Virus record (IMG/VR): IMGVR_UViG_3300037518_000030
Location: 1-28,386 of that record
Reading direction: 5' to 3' (one strand)
Origin: a virus
Taxonomy: Duplodnaviria > Caudoviricetes
DNA: 28,386 nucleotides
This document shows positions 1 through 8,202 of the stretch, in pieces. The first letter of the stretch is position 1, and each line of letters opens with the position of its first letter. The notes under the pieces are model-generated. The model saw nothing but the letters and a program-made list of their open reading frames with translations, was not told the DNA's origin and ran no database searches. Position numbers and translations under genes: made by a program.

Positions 1-30
1 ATCATCCAAGTACGGACACTGCCCTTGCCA

Positions 31-76
31 GAACGCCCCGTGTTCCCCCGAGCGCGGGGCGTTCGCTTTGTGTCTT
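31..76 (+). terminator. Probable intrinsic terminator of an upstream gene
   Basis: GAACGCCCCG (31-40) pairs with CGGGGCGTTC (55-64); the stem extends inward with G-U pairs and is followed by T-rich GCTTTGTGTCTT. Confidence 0.65.
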
Positions 77-104
77 GACGTTCGATGCGTTTGCGCAACA
101 TAAT
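75..104 (+). promoter_or_regulatory. Putative sigma70-type promoter upstream of cos/terS
   Basis: TTGACG (75-80), 18 nt spacer, CATAAT (99-104); palindrome TTGCGCAA (91-98) in the spacer. Confidence 0.5.
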
Positions 105-121
105 TACATCGTTCCTCCCCT

Positions 122-205
122 CCCCCGGGGGTATGTTTGAAAGTCAAACGATGGGTGCGACAGGACCGGCGGGGGTACAACAAATTTTCCGCCTGCGAAA
201 CTCGG
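122..205. other. Putative cos/packaging initiation region
   Basis: Immediately upstream of terS: CCCCCGGGGG palindrome (122-131), GTTTGA-AAG-TCAAAC inverted repeat (135-149), GACCGGCGGGGG (164-175) then AAATTTT. The layout resembles cos regions of HK97-like phages. Confidence 0.5.
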
Positions 206-230
206 GTAATTATGTAGCGAGCGTTATGAA

Positions 231-737
231 ATGGCTAAAGCGGGTCGACCGTCAAAACCGGCGGACGTCAAAAAGTTGGAAGGCAACCCGGGGAATCGTC
301 CGGTCAAGGAACCCGTTCGGCCGGCGGGTAAGCCGCGCAAGCCCCGTCACCTGACCGGCTACGCCGCGGAGATCTGGCACGACGTGTTGGGCGCCATGCC
401 GCCGGCCGTCTACGCCGCAACGGACGCCGGGACGCTCGCCGCGTATTGCCTGGCGTGCGACCAGCTTCGCGAGGCGACGGAACATCTGTTAGTCGAGGGG
501 ATCGTCATCCGCCCGGTGTTGCGAGTGAACGAGGATGGGACGTGGATCTACGGCGCGCCGAAGCGCAACCCTTGGCACGGCGTGTCAGTCTCGGCGATGG
601 AAAAGATCGCGTCGCTCGGTGGCAAGTTGGGGCTTGATCCGATCGCCCGGGAGAACTTGGGCGCGAAGCCCGCCGAGCCTCCTAAGAGCAAGTTCGGCGG
701 GCTTGTGGGGATCGCGGGTGGACGGCAGGCTAGCTGA
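231..737 (+). CDS. terS: Terminase small subunit (P27 family)
   Basis: GRPSKP..KKLEGNPGNRP N-terminus, P.HL...A...W, D...LAAYC, KRNPW, LGLDP.AR motifs; lies before terL. Confidence 0.93.
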   Translation: MAKAGRPSKPADVKKLEGNPGNRPVKEPVRPAGKPRKPRHLTGYAAEIWHDVLGAMPPAVYAATDAGTLAAYCLACDQLREATEHLLVEGIVIRPVLRVNEDGTWIYGAPKRNPWHGVSVSAMEKIASLGGKLGLDPIARENLGAKPAEPPKSKFGGLVGIAGGRQAS

Positions 738-912
738 TAGGTTTAGGCTTCTCGGAACGCGAGTACGACCAGTACGCCGCCTGACACGCTGCGATGCCGT
801 TCAGAACCGCCTCCGCAGGTGTAGCGCCACCGGCCAAGATCGCACCGTTACTCGCGTGTTTAAGTTCCCAATTACCGGGTTCGTGTTTAACCAGTTCAAA
901 CCGGATCGTCAT
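730..912 (-). CDS. 60-aa protein, possibly HicB-antitoxin-like
   Basis: Strong RBS AGGAGG 7 nt before ATG at 912 (MTIRFELVKHEPGNW...). GATPAEAVLN resembles the HicB G.T.EEA..N signature. Confidence 0.6.
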   Translation of the reverse strand: MTIRFELVKHEPGNWELKHASNGAILAGGATPAEAVLNGIAACQAAYWSYSRSEKPKPIS

Positions 913-1105
913 CGTGTTTCCTCCTATCGGGCGATTCCACCGAGGTGAATTGGAACCTCCGATATCCATTGCCAGCCCTGTGCGGTAACGACCTGGATGG
1001 AGTGCGCAGATCACCATAGTCTGCCGCATACACGTGATGAGCCTCAGTCTCCCGGTTGTACCGCGATCCCCACTTGACGCTGTTGTAATAGCGATATTCA
1101 CGCAT
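896..1105 (-). CDS. 69-aa hypothetical protein, first gene of the antisense insert
   Basis: RBS AAGGGAG before ATG at 1105, directly downstream of a near-consensus promoter; overlaps the start of the next ORF. Confidence 0.55.
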   Translation of the reverse strand: MREYRYYNSVKWGSRYNRETEAHHVYAADYGDLRTPSRSLPHRAGNGYRRFQFTSVESPDRRKHDDDPV

Positions 1106-1132
1106 CGGTCGATCTCCCTTGTTGATGAACCT

Positions 1133-1161
1133 AATATAGCCTGGACCTCCTAGGGTGTCAA
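1133..1161 (-). promoter_or_regulatory. Near-consensus sigma70 promoter, antisense to the late operon
   Basis: Minus strand reads TTGACA (1161-1156), 17 nt CCCTAGGAGGTCCAGGC, TATATT (1138-1133), with an AT-rich tract upstream. Confidence 0.8.
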
Positions 1162-2942
1162 GTTTAATTTTAGCCGGTCACGATAAATTAGTTTGGGACG
1201 AGGCGGCCGGCTTTTTCCGCAATCCCGCCCGCGCTGATCGTGTCATAGCGTTCATTGAGTGCCTGACGATCCCTAGCGGTGTCGGGCAGGGGCGCCAGTT
1301 TAAACTCCGCGACTGGCAAAAGAAGTTCATTCGCGACGTTTACGAGCCGGTAACGGATGCCGAGACGGCAACGCGCCTGGTTCGCGAAGCTATCCTTTCG
1401 ATGGCCCGCAAGAACGGCAAGACGGCTCTTATCGCCGCGCTGGTGCTGGTGCATTTGGTCGGACCCGAGGCGACGCAGAACGGGGAAGTCTACAGCGCCG
1501 CGAACGACCGGGAGCAAGCCGGCATCGTTTACAAGTTCGTCGCACAGCTTGTTGCCGGCGGACTGACCGACTACGACGAAGTAGACGACGACAGCAAGCA
1601 CCCTTGGATGGCGCTAGATGCGTCTGAGGGCGGACCGGTGACGCTGGTCGCTTCCAAGAAGCGAGCAGCGTGCCATAGCAACGGGTCGTTCTATCAAGCC
1701 TTGTCGCGCGAGGCGGGGACCAAGCACGGGTTGAACCCGACATTCGTCATTTATGACGAGTTGGCGCAAGCGATCGACCGCGAGCTTTACGACGTGTTGA
1801 ATACGGCCGACGGCGCGCGCGAAGAGTTCTTGTTCGCCACGATCGGAACGCAGTCGCGCGACCCGTCGCATATCTTATCCGAGTTGATCGACCGCGGCCT
1901 ATCGAGTGACGACCCGTCGATTGTCTGCCACCTCTACGCGGTGCCCGATGAGATCGGCGACCAGCAGTTTTGCGAACCCTGTGGTCATCGCTTCGCGCCG
2001 TCTAAGAAAACGAAAGATACGGCGTGTCCGAAGTGCGGCGCGGCAACCGTTGCGGCGATCTTCGATGAGCGCGTTTGGGGTATGGCAAACCCGGCGCTTG
2101 GCGATTTTCTGTTACTCGAGTCCGTTCGGAAGAAAGCGCGCCAGGCGAAGGCGTCGCCGTCCTTCGAACCGTCGTTTCGAAATCTTTCGTTGAACCAACG
2201 TGTCGACCAGTTGCCGGGATTGATCAACGGTGCCGACTGGCGAGCGTGCCACGATCCGGGCGCGGTGTGGGAGGACGGCGAGGAAATCTATCTCGGATTG
2301 GACCTGTCGGCGAAACAGGATCTTTGCGCGCTGGTCGGCGTGTCGGCATGGGAAGGATCGCGGCTTGACGCGTGGTTCTGGAAGCCGGCGGCGTGGCTCA
2401 AGGACCACGAGACTCGCGACCGGGTTCCTTACGAGCGGTTCAAAAACGAGGGTCATTTGATCGCCCCGCCGGGCCGGGACGTCGATTATGATCACGTTGT
2501 TCATCAGATCGCCGAACTGGATAACCGGTTCAAAATACTAGGGATTGCCTACGATCGGTGGCGGATGGACGTGCTGATTAAAGCGTTTGATCGGAACGGG
2601 ATTAACGCTTATTATGGTGATGATGAGGACGGTGAAGGTATTCGGTTCGTTCCTTGGGGTCAGGGGTTCAAGGACATGGCGCCGGCCGTCGACGTGATTG
2701 ACGAAGAGGTAGCGGCGCGGAGTTTGACGCACCGCGGCCAGCCGTTGCTTACATGGTGCGTGTCAAATGCGGTGGTAACGATGGACCCGGCGGGGAACCG
2801 CAAACTCGATAAGTCCAAGGTTCGAATGCGGATCGACGGCGCCGTTGCGATGGCAATGGCGGTCGGTCTAAAGGCGCGCGACATGCTCGAGTGCGAACCG
2901 GATCTAGACGAGTTCTTGTCCGCCCCGATCGGAGCGCGGTAG
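1155..2942 (+). CDS. terL: Terminase large subunit
   Basis: Q motif LRDWQK, Walker A ARKNGKT, YSAANDREQA, Walker B FVIYDE, nuclease LGLDLS, YDRW, QG, RIDGAVA. The GTG start is uncertain because the RBS is poor. Confidence 0.96.
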   Translation: MSSLILAGHDKLVWDEAAGFFRNPARADRVIAFIECLTIPSGVGQGRQFKLRDWQKKFIRDVYEPVTDAETATRLVREAILSMARKNGKTALIAALVLVHLVGPEATQNGEVYSAANDREQAGIVYKFVAQLVAGGLTDYDEVDDDSKHPWMALDASEGGPVTLVASKKRAACHSNGSFYQALSREAGTKHGLNPTFVIYDELAQAIDRELYDVLNTADGAREEFLFATIGTQSRDPSHILSELIDRGLSSDDPSIVCHLYAVPDEIGDQQFCEPCGHRFAPSKKTKDTACPKCGAATVAAIFDERVWGMANPALGDFLLLESVRKKARQAKASPSFEPSFRNLSLNQRVDQLPGLINGADWRACHDPGAVWEDGEEIYLGLDLSAKQDLCALVGVSAWEGSRLDAWFWKPAAWLKDHETRDRVPYERFKNEGHLIAPPGRDVDYDHVVHQIAELDNRFKILGIAYDRWRMDVLIKAFDRNGINAYYGDDEDGEGIRFVPWGQGFKDMAPAVDVIDEEVAARSLTHRGQPLLTWCVSNAVVTMDPAGNRKLDKSKVRMRIDGAVAMAMAVGLKARDMLECEPDLDEFLSAPIGAR

Positions 2943-4199
2943 TTGACACAGTGGACGCCGCGTGACGGGTATTTTGCGACGCTACTAGCCGCGCTGTTCG
3001 GACGGGCGACGTTTCGCTCGGATGGTCGACAGGATACGGGCGGCGCGTCTGGTATGGCGGCGGGTCAGATCGTATCCGCTGACGCTGCGTTGAAACTCTC
3101 CGCTGTCTTCGCGTGCATCCGTTTGCGGGCGCAAGCTGTCGGCGCGATGCCTATCAGGATTTGGAACATCAACCGCGACGGCACTCGCACGCGGAACACC
3201 GATCATTGGCTGAACACGCTGTTCCGACAGCCGAACCAATACCAGACGCGAAACGAGTTTTTCGAAACCGTGATGATCAATTTCGATCTTCACGGGAATT
3301 TCTACGGCCTGAAAACCGAGCGTGCAAATCGTGAAGTGACGTCGATCGTTCCGATCATGGCACACCAAGTTGAAGTCCATGCTAAAGATGATCTTACTAC
3401 CGAGCGAAATTACATAGTCACGCGGGGCGTCAAGAAGGACGACGTTTCGCAGCGTCGTATGTGGCATGTTCCGTTGATGCCTTCGACTGGTCTGGTCGGT
3501 TTGTCGCCGCTGCAATATGCGGCGCGAACGATGGGTATCGGGATCGCCGCCGAAGATCGCGTTGCGACGCTGGCGGCGAACGGCTTTAAGCCGACAGGCG
3601 TCTTGATGATCGACAAGGTTTTGAAGCCGGAGCAGCGCACTCAGATTCGCGGTCAGTTCGATGACTTGCAGGAGGGTAAAGGCGACCCGCTTAAGGTTCT
3701 CGAAGCGGGTATGAAGTACCAGCAGATTTCCATGAACCCGAAGGACGTTCAGCTACTCGAGACGCGGAAATTTTCGATTGAGGATATTGCACGGTTCTTC
3801 GACGTTCCGTCGGTATTGATCAACGACACGTCCGCGACGACCGTTTGGGGTTCGGGTATTTCGGAGATCAAGGAAGGGTTTTATACGCTCGCATTGCAGC
3901 CGGTGTTGGAAAAGCTTGAAGCGTCGATTACGCGTTGGTTGCTTCTTCCGTCCGAACGCGATAAAATCGAGGTTGAATTCGATTTTTCGCGTTTCTTACG
4001 TGGGAATGAGTCGACCCGTACCAGCACGTTGGTTGCGGCTATTTCGGGACTTCTGCTGACGATCGACGAAGCCCGCGCGAAGGAAGGATTGCCGCCGCTG
4101 CCCGACGATAAGGGCGCGGTGATGTACGCACAAAGCCAGATGATCCCGATTGGATCGGAGACAGAAGACGATGACGAACCGCAGCCTACCGAAGATTGA
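2943..4199 (+). CDS. Portal protein (HK97 family)
   Basis: ALKLSAVFACI, PNQYQT, GNFY, GLSPL, LEAGMKY, QLLETRKF..EDIARFFDVP, TIDEARA.EGLPP. Confidence 0.96.
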   Translation: MTQWTPRDGYFATLLAALFGRATFRSDGRQDTGGASGMAAGQIVSADAALKLSAVFACIRLRAQAVGAMPIRIWNINRDGTRTRNTDHWLNTLFRQPNQYQTRNEFFETVMINFDLHGNFYGLKTERANREVTSIVPIMAHQVEVHAKDDLTTERNYIVTRGVKKDDVSQRRMWHVPLMPSTGLVGLSPLQYAARTMGIGIAAEDRVATLAANGFKPTGVLMIDKVLKPEQRTQIRGQFDDLQEGKGDPLKVLEAGMKYQQISMNPKDVQLLETRKFSIEDIARFFDVPSVLINDTSATTVWGSGISEIKEGFYTLALQPVLEKLEASITRWLLLPSERDKIEVEFDFSRFLRGNESTRTSTLVAAISGLLLTIDEARAKEGLPPLPDDKGAVMYAQSQMIPIGSETEDDDEPQPTED

Positions 4200-5007
4200 G
4201 GCATTCGCCCGCCCGGGTGGGATCGACTTCGACCCGCCCGTCAAGGCCGCGGAGCTTTGGACGCCCGTCAAGGCCGCGTCCGAAGATGAACGGGCGCTCG
4301 CGATCACCGGTCGGATCGGCGAGGATTGGGACGGTAGCGGTATGACGCTCGCCTACGTTCGCGGGTTCCTTCGCCGCGTCGGCGCCGGCCCCGTCACGAT
4401 CAACGTCAACTCGCCGGGCGGCGACTTCTTTGAAGGCGCGGCGATCTACAATCAGCTTCGCGAGCATGACGGCCCCGTGACTGTGAACGTCATGGGCCTG
4501 GCCGCTTCCGCCGCGTCCGTGATCGCTTTCGCGAGTGATACGCTTCGGGTCGCGAAGGCGGGTTTCCTCATGATCCACAATTCATGGGGTATCGTCTTGG
4601 GCAATCGCCACGACATGACCGACGCGGCGGAACTGTTCGCCAAGTTCGACGCCACAATGGCGGGTGTCTATTCGGATCGGTCGGGGATCGACCGGAAGAA
4701 GGTCGCCGCCATGATGGATAAGGAAACGTTTTTCACCGGCGAGGAAGCCGTTGCCGCCGGCATGGCGGATGATCTGTTGGCAAGCGATCAAGTCGAAGAG
4801 GACGAAGAGGCGCCTACCAAGGCTGCGTATCGTCGTCTCGATAAAGAGCTTGCCTTGCAAGGAATGCCCCGGGCGGAACGCCGTGCGCTTCTCTCCGAGG
4901 TATCTGGTGGCACGCCGTGCGCTGCCGCCGACGTCACGCCGTGCGCTGACGATCAAGAGGCCGTTGCACTCCTGCACGGTCTGACGTCAATCCTCAAATC
5001 GGAGTAG
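4171..5007 (+). CDS. ClpP-like head maturation protease
   Basis: VNSPGGD, GLAASAASVI (catalytic Ser), LMIHN, MMDKETF..EEAV..G.AD; ATG at 4171 overlaps the portal 3' end. Confidence 0.94.
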   Translation: MTNRSLPKIEAFARPGGIDFDPPVKAAELWTPVKAASEDERALAITGRIGEDWDGSGMTLAYVRGFLRRVGAGPVTINVNSPGGDFFEGAAIYNQLREHDGPVTVNVMGLAASAASVIAFASDTLRVAKAGFLMIHNSWGIVLGNRHDMTDAAELFAKFDATMAGVYSDRSGIDRKKVAAMMDKETFFTGEEAVAAGMADDLLASDQVEEDEEAPTKAAYRRLDKELALQGMPRAERRALLSEVSGGTPCAAADVTPCADDQEAVALLHGLTSILKSE

Positions 5008-5011
5008 AGAT

Positions 5012-6286
5012 ATGCCCCTAGACGGCTATTTCATCCCCGCGGCGCGCGGCATTCAGCGAGTCTCGGCGGACAACACGGCAGTATCGGCACAGGTCGCCGA
5101 AGCTGTTGCCAACTTTACGACCGAATTCAAGACTTTCAAGGACGCTCAGGCCGCGTCGGACAAGGCGATCAAGGATCTGATCGGCGCGACCGACAAGGAA
5201 GCCAAGGCGGCGGCGGAAGCCGCGACCAAGGCGACCGAGAAGGTCGAAGCGACCGCCGCGAACCTTCTCGAGATCGAACAGAAACTGGCCGACAAGCTGA
5301 CCAGTGGCGATCACGTCCCGGCGGCGACCGTTGGTCAAATCCTGGTCAGTTCCGAAGAGTACAAGGCACTCGCTCTCAAACCCGGTTCGACGCCCGGCGC
5401 CGGCTTCAAGCTTCGCGTCGAAGCGAACACGATCATCGGCCAGGAAGGTTCGCCGCCCGAGAACGCCGATACGCTGGTTCCGACCGCTCGCCGGGCGGGT
5501 ATCGTCCCGGGCGCGTTCCGTACCCTTCGGGTGCGCGACGTCATCCCGACGATCCCGACGACCAGCAACGCCTGGCAGTTCACCCGTGAGCTTCTGTTCA
5601 CGAACAACGCAGCGGAAGTCGCGGAAGGTGCGGCCAAGGCGGAATCGGTCCTGACCTTCGAAGACTCGACGGTGAACATTCGCACGATCGCGCATTTCAT
5701 CAAGGCGTCGAATCAGATCCTCGCGGACGCCCCGGCGCTGCGGGCCTATATCGACGGCCGGCTTCGCTACGGCGTCGAGCTTCGCGAGGAAAAGCAGATC
5801 GTCGCTGGCGACGGCCTTGGTCAGAACATTTCCGGCATGACCACCGGCAGCAACTACACGGCCTTCACGCCGACGTCGGGTGACAACGCGATCGACAGCG
5901 TGAACCGCGCCAAGTACGCCATTCTCGGCGACGACTACATGGCGACCGCGCTGATCATGAACCCGGCGGATTGGGGCGCGCTCGAGCGTTTGCGGGCGGG
6001 TTCGAACTTCGAAAACGGCTATCTGGTCGGCAACCCCTTCGGCACGATCACGCCGGTCCTGTGGGGCCTGCCGGTCATCGTCACGAACAGCATGACGAGT
6101 GGCAAGTTCCTGGTGGCCGATTTCGCGACGTCCTACGAGTACGCGGAACGGCAGTCGACGGTGATCGATCTCGGGTTCGTGAACGACGACTTCACGAAGA
6201 ACCTCGTCACGATCCGTGCGGAGAAGCGCGGCGCGCTGGCGACGATCCGGCCGGCGTCGACCCGCTTCGGCAATCTGACGCTCTAA
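5012..6286 (+). CDS. Major capsid protein (HK97 fold)
   Basis: N-terminal coiled-coil delta domain, VAEGAAK.ES, TIAHFIKASNQIL.DAP.L, GDG.GQN, MNPADW, LWGLPV, DFTKNLVTIRAE.R. Confidence 0.97.
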   Translation: MPLDGYFIPAARGIQRVSADNTAVSAQVAEAVANFTTEFKTFKDAQAASDKAIKDLIGATDKEAKAAAEAATKATEKVEATAANLLEIEQKLADKLTSGDHVPAATVGQILVSSEEYKALALKPGSTPGAGFKLRVEANTIIGQEGSPPENADTLVPTARRAGIVPGAFRTLRVRDVIPTIPTTSNAWQFTRELLFTNNAAEVAEGAAKAESVLTFEDSTVNIRTIAHFIKASNQILADAPALRAYIDGRLRYGVELREEKQIVAGDGLGQNISGMTTGSNYTAFTPTSGDNAIDSVNRAKYAILGDDYMATALIMNPADWGALERLRAGSNFENGYLVGNPFGTITPVLWGLPVIVTNSMTSGKFLVADFATSYEYAERQSTVIDLGFVNDDFTKNLVTIRAEKRGALATIRPASTRFGNLTL

Positions 6287-6300
6287 GTCGACTGAGAGTC

Positions 6301-6331
6301 ACGGGGCGGGCTGCGGTCCGCCCCGTATTTT
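6301..6331 (+). terminator. Hairpin/terminator after the capsid gene
   Basis: ACGGGGCGGGC-TGCG-GTCCGCCCCGT followed by ATTTT. Confidence 0.75.
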
Positions 6332-6347
6332 CCCGGGAGGGTAAGAT

Positions 6348-6619
6348 ATGGCACGCATGAGGGCAGTTAACGGGTTCGCCTCGACAATCTGGGGCAATAT
6401 CGACGCCGGTCAGATCTTTACGGTCGAGGACGGCTATGTTCGCGATCTCGAAGCGCAGGGCGTCGCGTATCGGGTCGTGACGGCGCCTGTAGCGCCCCCC
6501 GTGGCTATTGGTGTCGACGTCAGCCGCGATGGTGAAGACAAGACGGCGGTTGCTATTGTCGAGCCTGCGCCGGCCAGCAGCCGAAGCGGGGGCGCGGGCG
6601 CCCGCGTAAGTCGCGTTGA
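6348..6619 (+). CDS. Small post-capsid protein, apparently frameshifted, with a C-terminal AT-hook-like tail
   Basis: RBS GGGAGG and ATG at 6348. Frame 0 runs on deep into the next gene, whereas the -1 frame from about 6575 reads QQPKRGRGRPRKSR* and stops at 6617-6619, overlapping the next start. Confidence 0.65.
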
Positions 6620-7155
6620 CAGAGCCGATCACGGAATCCGAAGCGCGCGCGCACCTGCGCGCCGATACGGACGATCCCTACATTTCCGAGTTGCCGGGGA
6701 AGATCACCGCGGCGCGGCAGCACGTCGAGCAACTGTTGAACGCGTCGATCGTCACTCAGACGCGGACGTTGATCCTCGACAAGTTCCCCCCGTGGTCGAT
6801 CAAGCTTCCTGACGGGCCGGTGACGGGGATCACGTCGATCAGTTACGTCGATACCGATGGCGTGACGCAGACGGTCGACAGTCACACTCGGTCGAAAGAC
6901 GTCATCACGCCGGCTTACGATGAAGTCTGGCCGGATACGCGCGCGCAGATCGGCGCGGTGACGATCACCTACACGGCCGGCATGATGACCGGTTCACCGT
7001 CGACGCTCGCCAATGCCGATATTATCGCGGCGATCAAGCTGGTCTTGACCGATTTGTGGGACAACCGAGCGGCCCAGATCGTCGGCGTGTCATTCAGCGT
7101 CAACCCTGCTGTCGACCGACTGCTTTCGAAGCACGTTCGGGACATGGGGATTTAG
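6616..7155 (+). CDS. Head-tail connector (gp6/gp15-like)
   Basis: EPIT..EARAHLR.D, I.AARQHVE, QTRTL.LD.FP, ISYVD.DG..QT, WP.T, V.ITYTAG, AAIKL....W.NR. Confidence 0.92.
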   Translation: MTEPITESEARAHLRADTDDPYISELPGKITAARQHVEQLLNASIVTQTRTLILDKFPPWSIKLPDGPVTGITSISYVDTDGVTQTVDSHTRSKDVITPAYDEVWPDTRAQIGAVTITYTAGMMTGSPSTLANADIIAAIKLVLTDLWDNRAAQIVGVSFSVNPAVDRLLSKHVRDMGI

Positions 7156-7156
7156 G

Positions 7157-7186
7157 TTGACAACCTAGGTCGTCTAGTGGTAGCGT
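7157..7186 (+). promoter_or_regulatory. Internal sigma70 promoter, probably giving a leaderless mRNA
   Basis: TTGACA (7157-7162), 18 nt spacer ending TGG, TAGCGT (7181-7186); ATG at 7193 lies 6 nt further with no SD. Confidence 0.65.
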
Positions 7187-7192
7187 ACCTAT

Positions 7193-7609
7193 ATGACACC
7201 TAAGCAACTCAAAGCCGCCCGTAAGAAGCTGCGCCTTTCCGCGGCTGGACTGGCGAACGCGATCGGGATGCAAGGCCGATGGGTTGACCGCACCGTTCGC
7301 GCGTGGGAGCGCGGCGAGTATGCGGTTCCGGATTACGTGGCGGACGCCGTTGCGGGGTTGTTGGTGGAGCGCGACGATCATCTAGCCGCTGAGGCCGCGT
7401 GGCGGGCCTTAGTCGGGCACCCTGCGTATCCACCATGTATGGGCGCCCGCGATAGGGACGTCATTAAGCGGGTCGCCAAAGGCGAGACGTTTGCCGCGGT
7501 CGGTCGGCGCCACGGGATCACCCGTGAACGCGTGCGGCAGATTTGGAACGATGTTTATGAACCGGATCGCGCGACGCTGCTGCGCTACTGGCACAAGGAC
7601 AATCGCTAA
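7193..7609 (+). CDS. Transcriptional regulator with two HTH domains (XRE-like plus sigma70-region-4-like)
   Basis: MTPKQLKAARKKLRLS...LA......RTVRAWERG (XRE); R.R.VI....GETFAAVGRRHGITRERVRQI (sigma r4-like HTH). Confidence 0.85.
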   Translation: MTPKQLKAARKKLRLSAAGLANAIGMQGRWVDRTVRAWERGEYAVPDYVADAVAGLLVERDDHLAAEAAWRALVGHPAYPPCMGARDRDVIKRVAKGETFAAVGRRHGITRERVRQIWNDVYEPDRATLLRYWHKDNR

Positions 7610-8202
7610 TGCCCGACGCGCTTTCCACCCGCCCGTTGCAAGCCGTGATCATCGCGACGGGTGAGAGCCTGACCGAAGCCGACGTTGACGCGGCTTGGCG
7701 CAGCGGCCGGAAGATCTTCGCGGTCAACGATGCCTATCGCCTTTGTCCTTGCGCTGACGTGCTGTACGCCTGTGATGAGCAATGGTGGGACTTGCACGAA
7801 AAGCCGTCGCGGGTGATTGCGGAGCGTTGGACAACCTGTGACGTCGCGGCGCAGAAATACGGACTTCGGCATATCCCCGGCCAGCATCACACGAACGATC
7901 GGCGCCGGTTCGACGCGTCCGGTCACGGGATCGTTTACGGTGGTAACGGCGGGTTTCAGGCGCTCAATCTCGCCTACGCGCTCGGGGTGCGCGACGCGAT
8001 CCTACTTGGTTTTGATTGCGAGGGTACGCATTTTTTCGGCGATCACCCGCCCGCGATCTGCAACCCGTCGCCGTTCGCTGATTGGTTGGATCACTGGAAA
8101 GCCGCGGCACCGGAGATCGCCGCGGCCGGTATGGTCGTCCGGAACGCCACGCGCGGCGGCAAGCTGGAGTGCTTCCCGCGGGTCAGTTTGGAGGCGGTAT
8201 GA
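7609..8202 (+). CDS. Maf/DUF115 (CstII-like fold) putative glycosyltransferase
   Basis: IIATGESL, FAVND, LYACD, GNGGFQALNLAYALG...ILLGFD, V.NAT..G.L..FP. Confidence 0.7.
   Translation: MPDALSTRPLQAVIIATGESLTEADVDAAWRSGRKIFAVNDAYRLCPCADVLYACDEQWWDLHEKPSRVIAERWTTCDVAAQKYGLRHIPGQHHTNDRRRFDASGHGIVYGGNGGFQALNLAYALGVRDAILLGFDCEGTHFFGDHPPAICNPSPFADWLDHWKAAAPEIAAAGMVVRNATRGGKLECFPRVSLEAV

Noticed and set aside
1-30. CCA immediately before a terminator, suggesting a tRNA 3' end
   Set aside because: No T-arm consensus (GTTCRA) or acceptor stem visible; truncated by the window edge
4234-4278. 17-nt direct repeat CGCCCGTCAAGGCCGCG (PVKAA twice); also TPCA twice near 4911-4948
   Set aside because: Short in-frame duplications in the flexible termini of the protease; no array or element structure
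6507-6551. IGVDVSRDGEDKTAV resembles a terminase nuclease motif
   Set aside because: Isolated 15-aa similarity in a small protein with no other nuclease elements
6620-6812. Frame-0 extension of the 6348 ORF
   Set aside because: Fully overlaps the connector gene; better explained by the frameshift near 6575
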